From: Octopus sinensis
Lineage: Eukaryota
Direction: 5' to 3'
Assembly: GCF_006345805.1 (NCBI RefSeq)
Contig: NC_043004.1
Span: 84,692,001-84,756,000, forward strand
Length of the DNA: 64,000 nt
Shown: in pieces, positions 63,958 through 64,000 of the stretch
Position numbering within the stretch: the first letter of the stretch is position 1
How the letters are laid out: the number at the start of each line of letters is the position of its first letter
Translations under genes and position numbers: made by a program
Notes under the pieces: model-generated
Told to the model about the DNA's origin: nothing
What the model saw: the letters and a program-made list of their open reading frames with translations, nothing else
The model's database searches: none

Positions 63958-64000
63958 ATTATTATCATTATTATTATTATTATTATTTGTTATTATTATT

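Overview
AT-rich, extremely microsatellite-dense eukaryotic DNA. The SINE families and repeat landscape look like a coleoid cephalopod, probably Octopus; this is inference, not a database result. I found no host protein-coding exon I can support, so the window is probably intronic or intergenic. Every long ORF belongs to a transposable element. (1) Two closely related Penelope-like elements (RT + GIY-YIG), both on the minus strand: a 5'-truncated copy at 2.6-5.4 kb and an apparently full-length, pseudo-LTR-flanked copy at 35.5-40.6 kb. (2) A Tx1/L1-clade LINE sitting inside a (TATC)n tract. (3) Three R4/Dong-like RLE retrotransposon pieces, all at (AAT)n tracts. (4) CR1/L2-type and RTE fragments. 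(5) A 1.3-kb DD41D Tc1/mariner relic, an internally deleted mariner and a Tc1-type MITE. (6) Many tRNA-derived SINEs of three families. The most notable signal is a set of minimal type-I hammerhead-ribozyme motifs in at least three Penelope-related repeat families. One has a canonical core (14571-14620). The others have variant cores (CUGUUGA in three copies; CCGANGA recurring). Their palindromic stem III segments predict dimer-dependent cleavage and release of a 4502-nt unit RNA from the full-length element. There is a 100-N scaffold gap at 59719-59818. Homopolymer-rich patches and one-base-deletion frameshifts suggest some residual long-read errors.
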